Below, piece after piece: positions 9,405-19,379 of a DNA stretch of 64,000 nt (its first letter is position 1; every line of letters starts with the position of its first letter). Under the pieces are notes generated by a model. That model searched no databases and was not told where the DNA came from. It saw nothing but the letters and a program-made list of their open reading frames with translations. Source of the stretch: Candidatus Bathyarchaeia archaeon (GTDB taxonomy: Archaea > Thermoproteota > Bathyarchaeia > Bathyarchaeales > Bathycorpusculaceae); the NCBI GenBank assembly GCA_049515895.1, contig JBEKTQ010000019.1, positions 1-64,000 on the forward strand, in the 5' to 3' direction. A program made the translations under genes and the position numbers.

Positions 9405-9797
9405 TTATCCAACGTACTCGCACCAGCTTTTTGGGCTTTCCCAAACCCTGACTTTCTCCAGCTTGGCCTTTTCCGGCAAAATCTTTCTCAATTGATTAAA
9501 ATAGTATTTTGCGATGTTTTCGGATGTGGGGTTGCTGAGTTCGCTCATTTCGTTGAGGTAGGTATGGTCAAGCCTGTCGGTTACTGTTTGCAGGGCTGCT
9601 TTCAGGACAGCGAAGTCGACAACCATTCCGTTCGATTCTGTGTTCTCGCCTAAAACGAAAAGTTCAACTATCCACGTGTGTCCATGAAGCTTTTCGCATT
9701 TACCGTTGCTGTCTACAACCTTGTGTGCTGCGGCGAACGTTGTTTCAACCCTAAGCCTGAACACAACCTCAACCTCCGCTACAGGGTCCCGCTCCAT
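9405..9797 (-). CDS. queD: 6-carboxy-5,6,7,8-tetrahydropterin synthase (PTPS-I/QueD)
   Basis: FAAAH, CEKLHGHTW (Cx3HGH), DFAVLK...LDHTYLN, NPTSENIA, VWES motifs. Confidence 0.9.
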   Translation of the reverse strand: MERDPVAEVEVVFRLRVETTFAAAHKVVDSNGKCEKLHGHTWIVELFVLGENTESNGMVVDFAVLKAALQTVTDRLDHTYLNEMSELSNPTSENIAKYYFNQLRKILPEKAKLEKVRVWESPKSWCEYVG

Positions 9798-10558
9798 TCG
9801 GAACAGACGTTGTGGTCATGAATGGATTCGAAACTTACACACTTAACTGTGCAGAACCTCTTAGGATACTTTTCCTTAAGCAACTGTACACATTGCCTCG
9901 TCACATCCTCAACGAACTTGGCGTTCTTATGCATTCTTTCAACCACCTTCTTCTCTTCAGGCCTTTTTAGCAACGAGAACGTCGGCGAACTGAAGCTTTG
10001 ACTGCAAATCTTAAGGATGTCAAGCAAGTCCGTGTTTTCCGTTATGTCAATTTCCACGCTCAAGGAGCCTCTCTGGTTATGAGTCAAACCATTACACATT
10101 TCCTTCGAGCATGGACATGCTAAGGCCCCGTTAACGGTGATGCCGGCTGTTTTCTTTCCAGTCTTGGTAGAGTACCGTGCAAACATTTGAGCAATCGAGT
10201 TTTCCTTTTTTCCGCTCGGTCTTACCCTGTTGAATGGGAGTTCACCGAAAACTTCTGTTTGGCAGTGGAAACCATGCTTCTTAAACGCGGCTTTCGAAAT
10301 CTGCACCGCCAAATTCTCTATTGACAAGGCTTCTCGAGGCACCTCTTCAACAGTCTCAATAAACCTGCTCATATGAACCCCGCGTAGGTGAGACGGCAAA
10401 GTAATGTAACTGTTTATGGTAACAATGATGTTGAAGGTTCCCTCCGGCCTTTTCATTAACACCAGTTTCCGAAGACCTTCTACTCCTACCTTTTCCAGCT
10501 CAATTTCATTTTCTGGTTTTTGATTTTGAACGTCGATGACCAACTTTTTGATCCCCAA
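9779..10558 (-). CDS. mptA: GTP cyclohydrolase MptA/FolE2 family
   Basis: RGVHMSRF, ACPCS, THNQRG, LLKRPEEK, NAKFVEDVTR, ESIHDHN motifs. Confidence 0.92.
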   Translation of the reverse strand: MGIKKLVIDVQNQKPENEIELEKVGVEGLRKLVLMKRPEGTFNIIVTINSYITLPSHLRGVHMSRFIETVEEVPREALSIENLAVQISKAAFKKHGFHCQTEVFGELPFNRVRPSGKKENSIAQMFARYSTKTGKKTAGITVNGALACPCSKEMCNGLTHNQRGSLSVEIDITENTDLLDILKICSQSFSSPTFSLLKRPEEKKVVERMHKNAKFVEDVTRQCVQLLKEKYPKRFCTVKCVSFESIHDHNVCSEWSGTL

Positions 10559-10775
10559 TTAACTGTTAAACAGCATTCTGCCCATGAATGTCACGGTTTA
10601 ATAGATTGACTGAGGAGAGAAAAACCTTGTTACTTATTATGTCTTGCTTAATCAACAAGTGAATTTCAAATGTCTTAGGTGTTCGAAACAGAAAAATCCA
10701 TTTCTATACGCTTGTTCAAGTTTCGCCAATGTTTATTAGTTTCAACTCGCCTAGTCGTCGCTTCGAAATATTGAT

Positions 10776-11738
10776 TTGGTGAATCAATTGCAGAAGGTAA
10801 CCATAACGGCTCCAGCCCACCTGCACGCAGGCAACTTCGATTTAACAGGCGACCTTGGAAGGCTATATGGGACGGTTGGTTTTGCAATAGAACTTCCTCT
10901 CGAAGTCGAGGTTTCCAAGGCCAAAGGAATCAAAGCTGATGACAAGTCTGCATACAAGTTTGCGAAACGCATGGTTGACAAATTCGGCTTAGAAGGGGCA
11001 GAAATAAAAATCAAGAGGGAAATACCCCGTTTCGTCGGCGTTGGATTTCACACAACCCTCGCGCTTTCAATCGGCATCGGTCTTTCAAAGCTGTACGATT
11101 TGGACTTTAGCGTAGAGGATGTCTCTTTGATCATGGGCAGAGGAACCATAACGGCGATGGGAGTTTACGCCTTCAAAACCGGCGGGTTCATTGTTGAAGG
11201 CGGCTTCAAAGTAGACAGCCGAACGAAAATGGTGCCCCCGCTCATATTCCACGGTGCTGTACCCAAGAACTGGTTGTTTGTAATTGCCATCCCTAACGAG
11301 TCAAGGCAGAAAATAGCCCAGATGAGAGAAAACGAAGACGAGATTTTGGGCAACCTCAAGGTGATGCCCAAAGAGTTGTCCGATGAGCTCTCAAGGCTCG
11401 TTTTGGTGAAGCTCATGCCTGCTTTTGTTGAGAAGGACCTCAAATCATTCGGTGAAGCGTTAACGGCATTCAACCAAAAGCTTGGGAAATTCTGGAGAAG
11501 CTACCAGGAAGGAACCTACTGCAACCAAGTTGTGGAAGAAGGTGTTAAAATTATGCTGCGCAAAAGCTCTCTGGCTTGCCAAACCTCTTGGGGTCCAACC
11601 TTCTACACTATTGTCAAAGGCAAAGCCGCCGCAGAGAATCTGGCCGAGGAATTAAAGCAGTTCTTAAATAAAAGCGGTGGCGGAGAAATCTATGTCACCC
11701 AAGCGAATAATCGTGGGGCTTCAGTTCTGAAGGCTTAA
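10776..11738 (+). CDS. mptG: Beta-ribofuranosylaminobenzene 5'-phosphate (RFAP) synthase family, GHMP fold, paralog 1
   Basis: APAHLHAG..DL.GDLGRLYG.VG, GGFIVEGG, QTSWGPT, ANNRGA. Confidence 0.85.
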   Translation: MVNQLQKVTITAPAHLHAGNFDLTGDLGRLYGTVGFAIELPLEVEVSKAKGIKADDKSAYKFAKRMVDKFGLEGAEIKIKREIPRFVGVGFHTTLALSIGIGLSKLYDLDFSVEDVSLIMGRGTITAMGVYAFKTGGFIVEGGFKVDSRTKMVPPLIFHGAVPKNWLFVIAIPNESRQKIAQMRENEDEILGNLKVMPKELSDELSRLVLVKLMPAFVEKDLKSFGEALTAFNQKLGKFWRSYQEGTYCNQVVEEGVKIMLRKSSLACQTSWGPTFYTIVKGKAAAENLAEELKQFLNKSGGGEIYVTQANNRGASVLKA

Positions 11739-11740
11739 GC

Positions 11741-12892
11741 ATGGTTAAAGCTGTCGGAATAGACTCTGGAACAAAAACGGTGGATATCTACGGCTTCGAC
11801 GACGTAGACGGGAAAGTGCTGGTTGATTTTGCCCTATCCCGAGAAGAAGTAACAAAGAACCCAAGCCTCGTCATTGACAAACTCAAAGAAGTCCAAAAAT
11901 CATGCGGCAAGATCGATGCAATTGCAGGACCGGCAGGCTACGGCTTGCCGCTTCAAAAAGCCAAAGACACAACGATGGAGGACATAGCGTTGGCAACCTT
12001 CGTCACGAAGGCTGACGTTGAACGCAAACTCAAAATCGTCGGTTTGAGGCAACTCATGCAACTTATGAAGAACACTGAAGAACTGAACATCTGGTTCACC
12101 CCCTCGGTAATTCAGTTGCCAACAGTCCCAGAATACAGGAAAGCCAACAGGATAGACATGGGAACAAACGATAAAGTTCCAAGCGCTATTTTAGCTGTGA
12201 AAGACCAAGCGGAACGGCTAAAAATCGGTTACGACGAAACCAACTTTATCGTCGTGGAAATAGGCTTCGCATACACTTCGGCGATTGCTGTAAAGAGCGG
12301 TCAAATAGTTGACGCTATGGCTGGTACAGCGGGGTTTCCTTCTTTTCTTGGCATGGGGTTCCTTGACGGGGAACTCGTCTACGGCTTAGCTAACACCTTA
12401 CAAGATTTTCCAAAGCTCATGTTGTTCGCTGGTGGAGCGGCGGCAGTCGCTGGGTTCGACACATCGAAACCTATCGAGGAATTCGTGAAGGCCGCAAAAA
12501 CCAACGGGAAAATCAAAGCTGGCTTAAGCTTGATGCTTGAATCCATAGTTAAAGACGTCGCTTCGCTTTTGCCATCCGTCAAACCGACAGAATTAATTCT
12601 CAGCGGAAGATTTTCTAATATTCCGAATTTTTATGCCCTGGCGGAAAACAGGCTTCAGGTTTTCTTTGACGAGATCGGATCGAAAATCGAAGTGGTTAAG
12701 ATTGTAGGCAACGCAAAGGTCGCTAAGGGCGCGGCTGAAGGCGCCGCAATATTTGCGAACGGCATTGTGCACGGGAAATATGCGCCAATCATCGACGTCA
12801 TGAAACTTAGGGAAGGCAAAGGTGGAATATTCGACCATATATACTTAGATGAAAAAACCAAGAGGCAACTAGACATCTTCAAAAACTATTAG
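11741..12892 (+). CDS. DUF1464 family protein (ASKHA-fold, butyrate-kinase-like)
   Basis: GIDSGTK phosphate-1 loop, AGPAGYG, RKANRIDMGTNDK, VEIGFAY, ILSGRF. Confidence 0.8.
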   Translation: MVKAVGIDSGTKTVDIYGFDDVDGKVLVDFALSREEVTKNPSLVIDKLKEVQKSCGKIDAIAGPAGYGLPLQKAKDTTMEDIALATFVTKADVERKLKIVGLRQLMQLMKNTEELNIWFTPSVIQLPTVPEYRKANRIDMGTNDKVPSAILAVKDQAERLKIGYDETNFIVVEIGFAYTSAIAVKSGQIVDAMAGTAGFPSFLGMGFLDGELVYGLANTLQDFPKLMLFAGGAAAVAGFDTSKPIEEFVKAAKTNGKIKAGLSLMLESIVKDVASLLPSVKPTELILSGRFSNIPNFYALAENRLQVFFDEIGSKIEVVKIVGNAKVAKGAAEGAAIFANGIVHGKYAPIIDVMKLREGKGGIFDHIYLDEKTKRQLDIFKNY

Positions 12893-12908
12893 CAAGCCTC
12901 TTCTTTGC

Positions 12909-13682
12909 TTAAACCAGTTCTTTTAGGTCTTCGAGCAGGATGCTTCTGAAGCCTCTAATTTTTTCCCCGCTCGCTGTTATGTTGTAGAGCTTGATATTTC
13001 CCATTGTTTGTTTAGCGAGCCACTCTAACAGTTCCTTGCTGATTCTCAACTTCTCTAGTTTCACTGTAAGGGATTTCACATTCTTCTTGGAGTATTTGCC
13101 AACAGTAGATCCAAAATCCATTCCAGCTAACACAATCACTTTGGCGCCCATCGCTGCCGCAAGGAAAACTGCTCTGTCCCCATCTGTGAATCCCAAAAAA
13201 TTGTAAACGTTGGGACGCGGCTCTACCTGCGTGCTTCCGACCGCATAGGAGAAATCAGGAACGAACCGTTGCAGCTGCTCAATATTGTCGCCGTGTGCAT
13301 GGATAACTATGATTGAATCCTTCTTCTGAGCGGAGACAATGTCGCTTACAACTCCGTCCAAGTCGGTTACGATCACGTCAGGGACAGCTTTTGCAATATG
13401 CAGAAACGCGGTTGTCGCGCCGTCAGCCACAGTAGTCACAAATTTCTGCAGGACGTCTTCACGGCGGACTTGTTTTAGGTTTTCCTCAAGGGACGGCCCC
13501 GCACCGAGCACTAGAACTGGGTGATTTGCTATGCGTTTTCTGAGCTCTGAAGGATCCACAGCCTTTCCAGCCAGCAGCTTGCTCAAAAGATCAGCGGCAT
13601 ACTGGTCCTTGGCTTTGTCGTAACCAAACGTTTCGTTAATTCTTTGATACCAAGGCCACCAATCGACCAATCCTAACTTCAT
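12909..13682 (-). CDS. mptE: 6-hydroxymethyl-7,8-dihydropterin pyrophosphokinase MptE
   Basis: GAGPSL, ADGAT, VTDLDG, HAHGDN, GFTDGDRAVF, AGMDFG motifs. Confidence 0.92.
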   Translation of the reverse strand: MKLGLVDWWPWYQRINETFGYDKAKDQYAADLLSKLLAGKAVDPSELRKRIANHPVLVLGAGPSLEENLKQVRREDVLQKFVTTVADGATTAFLHIAKAVPDVIVTDLDGVVSDIVSAQKKDSIIVIHAHGDNIEQLQRFVPDFSYAVGSTQVEPRPNVYNFLGFTDGDRAVFLAAAMGAKVIVLAGMDFGSTVGKYSKKNVKSLTVKLEKLRISKELLEWLAKQTMGNIKLYNITASGEKIRGFRSILLEDLKELV

Positions 13683-13734
13683 ACTTTTACCTGCTTATCT
13701 TGTCCTTGAGCACAATTACTGTTAATTGGGAATA

Positions 13735-14709
13735 TTACGAAGTAGTTTCAACATAAGCCCCTCTGTTATTCGGGCCCGTCCAGAATACTTGCCCGCCTGA
13801 TTTCTCCTGCAAGAAACCCAGCATTTCCAACGAAAGCTTTTCTGCCTGCCTTTTGCCTTGAACAAGCCCGAAGACAGTTGGACCCCAAGAACTTTGCCCT
13901 GCCCCAACAGCTCCAAGGTTCAGCATGTACTCGATGCATTCGCTAGACGGAGAGCTAGAGAACCTTCCGCCTTGGGCCAAGGCAAAGAAGTCGCCAACGA
14001 TGTATTGAATTTGGGTTAGAGCGCCTCCGAAAGTCTTTATGTCTTTCTCTTTCAACGCTGGCAGAAGAGACATTAGTATCAAGCGGCTTATGCGCCCAGC
14101 CTGCTCCAAGCCCATAGGCGGCAAACAGTCGAAAGCATGAGCCTCCGCTTCGCCTGACAAACCGCTTTTAGCTTTTGGAATTGCTACAGTAAAAAACCAA
14201 TTATCAGGAAAAGATGATTGAAAAATCACATGTGGAAAATTGTTCAACGATGAGAGTGGCTTGTTCTTTCGGCTTTTGACACCTCCTTCGACAACAAATC
14301 CGCCTTTATCAAAAAGTGCTGTTCCGACTCCCGATACTCCTCCTCTGCCCATTTCTTTGGAAAGTTCCAGAGTTGAAGCTTTTACATCAAATAGTTTTGC
14401 GAGGGCAGTTGCTGTTGTTAGAGCAAACGGGGTTCCTGACCCTAGCCCAACATGTTGGGGAATAGTCTGTTTAAGGTTTATGGTAACTTCAGGCTTTAAG
14501 TCGTATTTTTTGAGGAAAAACTCAACCCATGGCTTTATTAGTTCGCTTTTTTCGCCCACTACGGATAGGCTTTCTGATTTTTCTGCTTCAACAATAACGT
14601 TCGGGCAGTTTATAGCTACGCCCATGCCACCGAAGAGACGTCCTAAGTCGCCTCTTAAATCGACGAGTCCCAAATGAAGCCTAGCCGAGGCCTTAACGCG
14701 CACCTTCAT
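13735..14709 (-). CDS. mptG: RFAP synthase family, paralog 2
   Basis: ASARLHLGL.DL.GDLGRLFGG.G, HVGLGSGT, GRGGVSGVG, GQSSWGPT, PNNRGA. Confidence 0.88.
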   Translation of the reverse strand: MKVRVKASARLHLGLVDLRGDLGRLFGGMGVAINCPNVIVEAEKSESLSVVGEKSELIKPWVEFFLKKYDLKPEVTINLKQTIPQHVGLGSGTPFALTTATALAKLFDVKASTLELSKEMGRGGVSGVGTALFDKGGFVVEGGVKSRKNKPLSSLNNFPHVIFQSSFPDNWFFTVAIPKAKSGLSGEAEAHAFDCLPPMGLEQAGRISRLILMSLLPALKEKDIKTFGGALTQIQYIVGDFFALAQGGRFSSSPSSECIEYMLNLGAVGAGQSSWGPTVFGLVQGKRQAEKLSLEMLGFLQEKSGGQVFWTGPNNRGAYVETTS

Positions 14710-14963
14710 CGTTCAGCGCCTTAATTATCCTTAATTCTTTGGTCATAATAATTGAATTAGCAATTCGCATTAATACAGCAATTCCTTAATTGTTCCTGAC
14801 AGTCGACTTTTCATTCCAGAGCTCACTTTGCAAGCGTAAATGCACAAATGACTTACTTTTTCGATTGAACTAACTCCATCCAAATTTAAGAATTGACAGT
14901 AACAATCATGTTCTCTGTTGTTCGGTTGAACTTGTTTGGCCGATGCTGAGCAAGTTAGGCTGG

Positions 14964-15209
14964 TTATCGGGACTCAGACAAGACGCCCACCAATTTCACT
15001 TTTTTCATGACTTCATCCCCGTGAGGCGCAATGTCTAGTGCCATGGTTAAATCCTGCCCAGCTTCATGCCCTAAGTGGTCGCCATCAGTCCACTGGCCGG
15101 AATCAGTTACGTCGTAAACCTTTCCTTTGTAGGCAATATAAGCGGGGTTACCGTTCTTACCGTCAAATTTGCTGAGGTCATAAATGCTAAAACGCTGCTG
15201 TTTTTCCAA
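14964..15209 (-). CDS. Cytochrome b5-like heme/steroid-binding domain protein
   Basis: LSKFDGKNGNPAYIAYKGKVYDVT...W..G.H..HEAGQDLT...APHG; start reassigned to TTG after GGAGTG. Confidence 0.85.
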   Translation of the reverse strand: MEKQQRFSIYDLSKFDGKNGNPAYIAYKGKVYDVTDSGQWTDGDHLGHEAGQDLTMALDIAPHGDEVMKKVKLVGVLSESR

Positions 15210-15344
15210 AAAACTTGACACTCCTTCGACGCTTATAATAATCAAGAAGGCTAACTTATAACTGTGCTTAGATGACATATCCCTCTGAGGTTGCCTGCCG
15301 CCAACATTCATAAAAGCAATAAGGAAAACTGGATTCTTGAAAGT

Positions 15345-16324
15345 TTATGCCTTGTCCCTGCAACCAAGAGTTTCCACGGCTTTTTGCGCCCATTTTGAAT
15401 CTTTCCAGAGCGCTCTTCCTACCGCTACCAAGTCAACCTTCCCGTCACAAATCAGCCCTTCAGCGAATTCAGCGTCACGAATCCCACCAACGCCGACAAC
15501 AGGAACCTTAACTGCCTTTTTGATTTGGTGCGCTTGCGGAACAAAATAGCCCTCAATCTGCCGAAGTTGTTTTGGCTCGCTTCCACACATGCCGCCTGAC
15601 ACGTCGATTACATCAACCCCTGCCTGCTCCAGGCGAACGGCAAACGCGGCGGAATCTTCAATTTGTGTTCCGTTGGCAGCCAAATCATCTGCTCCCAACC
15701 TGTAGAGCAGCAACTTGTCAGCAAGGCGTTCTCGAGCCTTCTTAACGACTAACAGTGGAAAACGCATTCTGTTCTCCAGCGAGCCACCGAATTCATCCTT
15801 TCGTTCGTTTATCAGGGGTGAGAAGAACTGATTAAGAAGGTAACCGTGAGCTCCATGAAGCTCAACTCCGTCAAAACCAGCCCTAACAGCGCGTTCCGCT
15901 GCGAAAGTAAACTCATCAGCAATGACGTCCAACTCCTCTACTTCTAAGCCTCTGGTTTTGCCTCGTGCAGAAGGACCTGCAGGCTGCGCACCGATGACTT
16001 TCTTGTTGGCAACTCCGCCCGCATGAGTAATCTGCACCACGGCTGGGGCGCCAACGTAATGAATAGACGTAGCGAGCTTCTCAAGGCCAATCATAAGCGA
16101 ATCATCACAGATGCTTAGTTGTTTCGGTCCTATCTTCCCAACCCGTGAAATGTACGAGTGCTCAACTATCGCAAACCCACGGCAGCTATACGCCTCACAT
16201 AAAAGCTAATCAGCCTGCTTGTCACTTCACCTTCAAAGGAAGCTCGACCCGACTGCATCGGAGGCATAACAATACGATTCCTCAATGTCACATTCTTAAC
16301 GCGTAAAGGATTAAGAAGCCCCAA
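15345..16324 (-). pseudogene. NADH:flavin oxidoreductase (Old Yellow Enzyme family) with a 1-nt frameshift near 16173 (pseudogene or sequence error)
   Basis: Upstream frame LLNPLRVKNVTLRNRIVMPPMQ continues after a shift as AIVEHSYI into the ORF with AGFDGVELHGAHGYLLNQFFSP and DEFGGSLENRMRF. Confidence 0.85.
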
Positions 16325-16554
16325 CTGCCTGCACCATTGCAATATTTGTCTACCCGAGTACTATAAGAACTTAATTTGCCATAATTGCCGAAAATAAATA
16401 ATTTGTTATTTTTGAGTTTAGTTGAGAAATAAATGTAATCGTTGAGGTTAACCACCGAAAAGCGTAATTTTAGAGGGATGAACCTTGGCTGAAATAGCAT
16501 ATCAATATTAGGTTGAATCAACACTTGCTAAATCCTCTTCATGTGTTGGGTTCT

Positions 16555-16968
16555 ATGGATTGTAGACTGCAAGTTTTCAAGCTTGACGCGACCGATGGTA
16601 ACTTGGCGAGGACTTATCGCTTTGCTGTAGTAGATTTCAGCAGGTCCAAGAGCTATCCAGCAAATTTTGTTTGCATGTTACCAGCCAAAGTTGATCAAGG
16701 CAAGGGGAAAATCGCAAATGTGTTTGGGACTCTTTTTGGAGACAGAAGCTTAGAGCTGGCTATAGGATTGTTAAATGAAGCGCTCAAGAGCGAGAGCGAT
16801 GTTGAAGTTAAAACAGAGATAGAGAGAAGACTTAAACTGCTTGACCCCAAGCAAGCTGGCCTAGTTGAATGCAGTTTGTGCAAAAAACCTTTCCGACCGC
16901 CCAAAATGAGAAAATACAAACAACACTTTTGCCGTGAATGCTTTCGAAAAAGATTTGCCGTTCGATAA
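16555..16968 (+). CDS. Conserved hypothetical protein with C-terminal C4 zinc finger
   Basis: CSLC...FCREC; paralog at 38893..39305. Confidence 0.8.
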   Translation: MDCRLQVFKLDATDGNLARTYRFAVVDFSRSKSYPANFVCMLPAKVDQGKGKIANVFGTLFGDRSLELAIGLLNEALKSESDVEVKTEIERRLKLLDPKQAGLVECSLCKKPFRPPKMRKYKQHFCRECFRKRFAVR

Positions 16969-17014
16969 TGTCGAATATCTTTGGCGTTGAATTAAAAAAC
17001 AGATTGATTTACTC

Positions 17015-17260
17015 ATGAGAATCGTAAAAGGTTGGAAGCGAATCAGCAATAAAGGTGGATTTATCAACGAGGTTACCGGGCAGACCTTGGTTATCGCGAA
17101 GCAAGAGTTCGGGGAGCACTACCATGTATTAGTTTTCAAACAAGAGAGAACCGATGATGCCCAAGGCAACAAAATATCTCCAGAGTATTCCAGCGAAGCT
17201 AAGGCTGAAGCTTTTGCAATGAATTGGATGAAAAAAAATCCGAATGGAATAACCACATAA
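17015..17260 (+). CDS. Hypothetical protein
   Basis: 81-aa ORF co-directional with upstream gene. Confidence 0.65.
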   Translation: MRIVKGWKRISNKGGFINEVTGQTLVIAKQEFGEHYHVLVFKQERTDDAQGNKISPEYSSEAKAEAFAMNWMKKNPNGITT

Positions 17261-18189
17261 AAGAATAGTTTTATTGAGTTTTCTATACCGTTAAATGGAC
17301 AATGTTTCCAGCGGTTAAGGCTCTCTTTGCACGTATATCTGTTGCATTCTGTCCTGCCAAAAGCGTTTTGCTTAGTTCTTCTGTCGATATTTGCGAAGTG
17401 GCGGTTCTTCAGAAATTGACGAGTTTGGATTATTCAATAGAACAAAAACCGAAAAATGCTTGTTATTCTTCTGCACTTGAGTTGCCCGTTATTTGATTGG
17501 AGTTTGTTAGCTGATTGATGAAGCTTGTATTCCAGTGCTATTTCAACACCATACCAATGACCGCATTGTTGCTGTTTTTGTGTTGCTTAATCTGGCTTTT
17601 CGGTCATCTGCTGGTTAAAGCAAACTTCCTATCTCGCCAAGTAACATGCGTATGGCTCTGTTGAAAAGAATTATTGTAGGTTTATGCTTCTTTCTTTTTG
17701 ATGGTATCTAAATAGTTTTTCTTACTGGTTTTCTTTCTATAGGTGCAATTGAGTCGAACTGATGATTTACATCTACGACAGTTTTTAACTAAACCTGCCC
17801 TTAACGTACACATGCTCTTTTACCTCTCTCGATTTTTGGGTTTTATTGGAAAAGAATCAATTATTCAATTAGGGCCAAATCCAACAGGATAAGAGAAACT
17901 CTTCAGCCTACTGGAATATACTCCTCTTCCTAATAAAGATTGGAAAAAAAAGCTTGATTTTACCAACGCAAAAAACACTATTCTCTTTTTTTCAAAAAGA
18001 AACACAAAATGAATTCTTTCGAATTTTAAGCCAGAAAACATTGTTTTCAGGTGCATAACCTAATATAGTCGCTGGTGCCTTCTTGTAAGTTGTTAGAATT
18101 CTTTAGAGGAAGAGTCAAATCTACCAGACTGCTTTTTCTCCAGATTATTCTGATTATATTTGGCTAGCACCCAAACTTTGGTATGGAAA

Positions 18190-18495
18190 ATGGGTAAAAG
18201 AAAAATTACAAATGAAGGCAACCTTGACAGTATGGTTTTACCTACCTCTAGTGACGTCTTGGGCTTGGCGGTAAAAATGCTAGGTGCCGACAGAATCATG
18301 GTAAAATGCCAAGACGGAAACGAACGTTTATGCAGGATCAGAGGTAAGCTGAAAAGGCGTGTATGGATAAGGGAAGGGGACATTGTTTTGGTTTCTCCTT
18401 GGGATTTCCAGAGTGAAACTAGAGGAGACATATTTTGGCGTTACAGAAAAAATCAATCAGATTGGCTTAGAAATCACAATTATTTGACGATGTAG
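18190..18495 (+). CDS. eif1a: Translation initiation factor aIF-1A
   Basis: KMLGADRIMVKCQDG.ERLCRIRGKLKRRVWIREGDIVLVSPWDFQ...RGDI.WRY. Confidence 0.95.
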   Translation: MGKRKITNEGNLDSMVLPTSSDVLGLAVKMLGADRIMVKCQDGNERLCRIRGKLKRRVWIREGDIVLVSPWDFQSETRGDIFWRYRKNQSDWLRNHNYLTM

Positions 18496-18505
18496 AGAGG
18501 GCTGT

Positions 18506-18679
18506 ATGATTATTCTGAAGTGCACTGAATGTGGAAACACATTCCAAAGAGAACGTCTAATTGATGGCGAAGTGGTTACGTGCCCGGTTTGCGAGGCTAA
18601 TTACAAAGCAGTGATTAAAGATGGAAAATTACGCTTAGATGATTTGGTCTTTGAAGAACAAGACTTTGGCGAGCTATAA
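18506..18679 (+). CDS. LysW-like zinc-finger amino-group carrier homolog (57 aa, not in ORF track)
   Basis: MIILKCTECG...IDGEVVTCPVCEANY...LRL...EEQDFGEL; two CxxC pairs and an acidic tail like LysW EDWGE. Confidence 0.7.
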   Translation: MIILKCTECGNTFQRERLIDGEVVTCPVCEANYKAVIKDGKLRLDDLVFEEQDFGEL

Positions 18680-18693
18680 TAAACTAGGATGAG

Positions 18694-19239
18694 GTGAAGA
18701 TAATGGGTATGGAAAATAAAACTAATTTCATAATTGCAGTTAACGGTTATAAAATCATAAAGAAAGAGAAAAAAGTTGATTTTACTGATGTTACAGCATC
18801 AGATAATATGAATAAGAAAGTGTTACTGCGAGCAATCGAGCCATTAAACAACGAGTGTATTGTCACCAACGATGTTAAAAACATGGTCGAACATATCAAG
18901 CGGGATAGCTACGACTCAGCCTTCCTGATAAGCAAAAAGTTTACAGAAAACGCAGTTAACGAAATGGTGAAACAAAAAATTCAACACGTTTCAGACGATT
19001 ACATGCCTCCTTTTGAAATTGAAAAGCTGTACCTGGCAATAGTTGATTATGCAAAAAACGAGTGCCAGAAGAAGTGCGGAACAGTTTCATTACTCGCATC
19101 TGATTGCACTGAAAAGAAGACCGCGAACGTCTGCAGGATAAGAGCACTCGCTAACAATGCGAAATGCCACTTTGATCAAGAATTGGTTGGTTTACTAAAA
19201 AACGATCTCAAGATCGCTTTAGCGATAACCAAACCATAA
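18694..19239 (+). CDS. Hypothetical protein, N-terminal Mrr/PD-(D/E)xK-like fold and Cys-containing C-terminal part
   Basis: GY.I...DVTA...V...V.....AFLISKKFTENA pattern like Mrr_cat; no clear (D/E)xK. Confidence 0.55.
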   Translation: MKIMGMENKTNFIIAVNGYKIIKKEKKVDFTDVTASDNMNKKVLLRAIEPLNNECIVTNDVKNMVEHIKRDSYDSAFLISKKFTENAVNEMVKQKIQHVSDDYMPPFEIEKLYLAIVDYAKNECQKKCGTVSLLASDCTEKKTANVCRIRALANNAKCHFDQELVGLLKNDLKIALAITKP

Positions 19240-19379
19240 TTTTTTTCGATTTATTCTTGTTATTGATCTATCTATTATTCATATTTCTATGCAAAGGTTT
19301 AAGTCAGTTGGGAATCACTATGGTCACGTTAATTAATAAGCTATTTTTCATAGCCAAGAATTAACAGGACAATCAAAGA

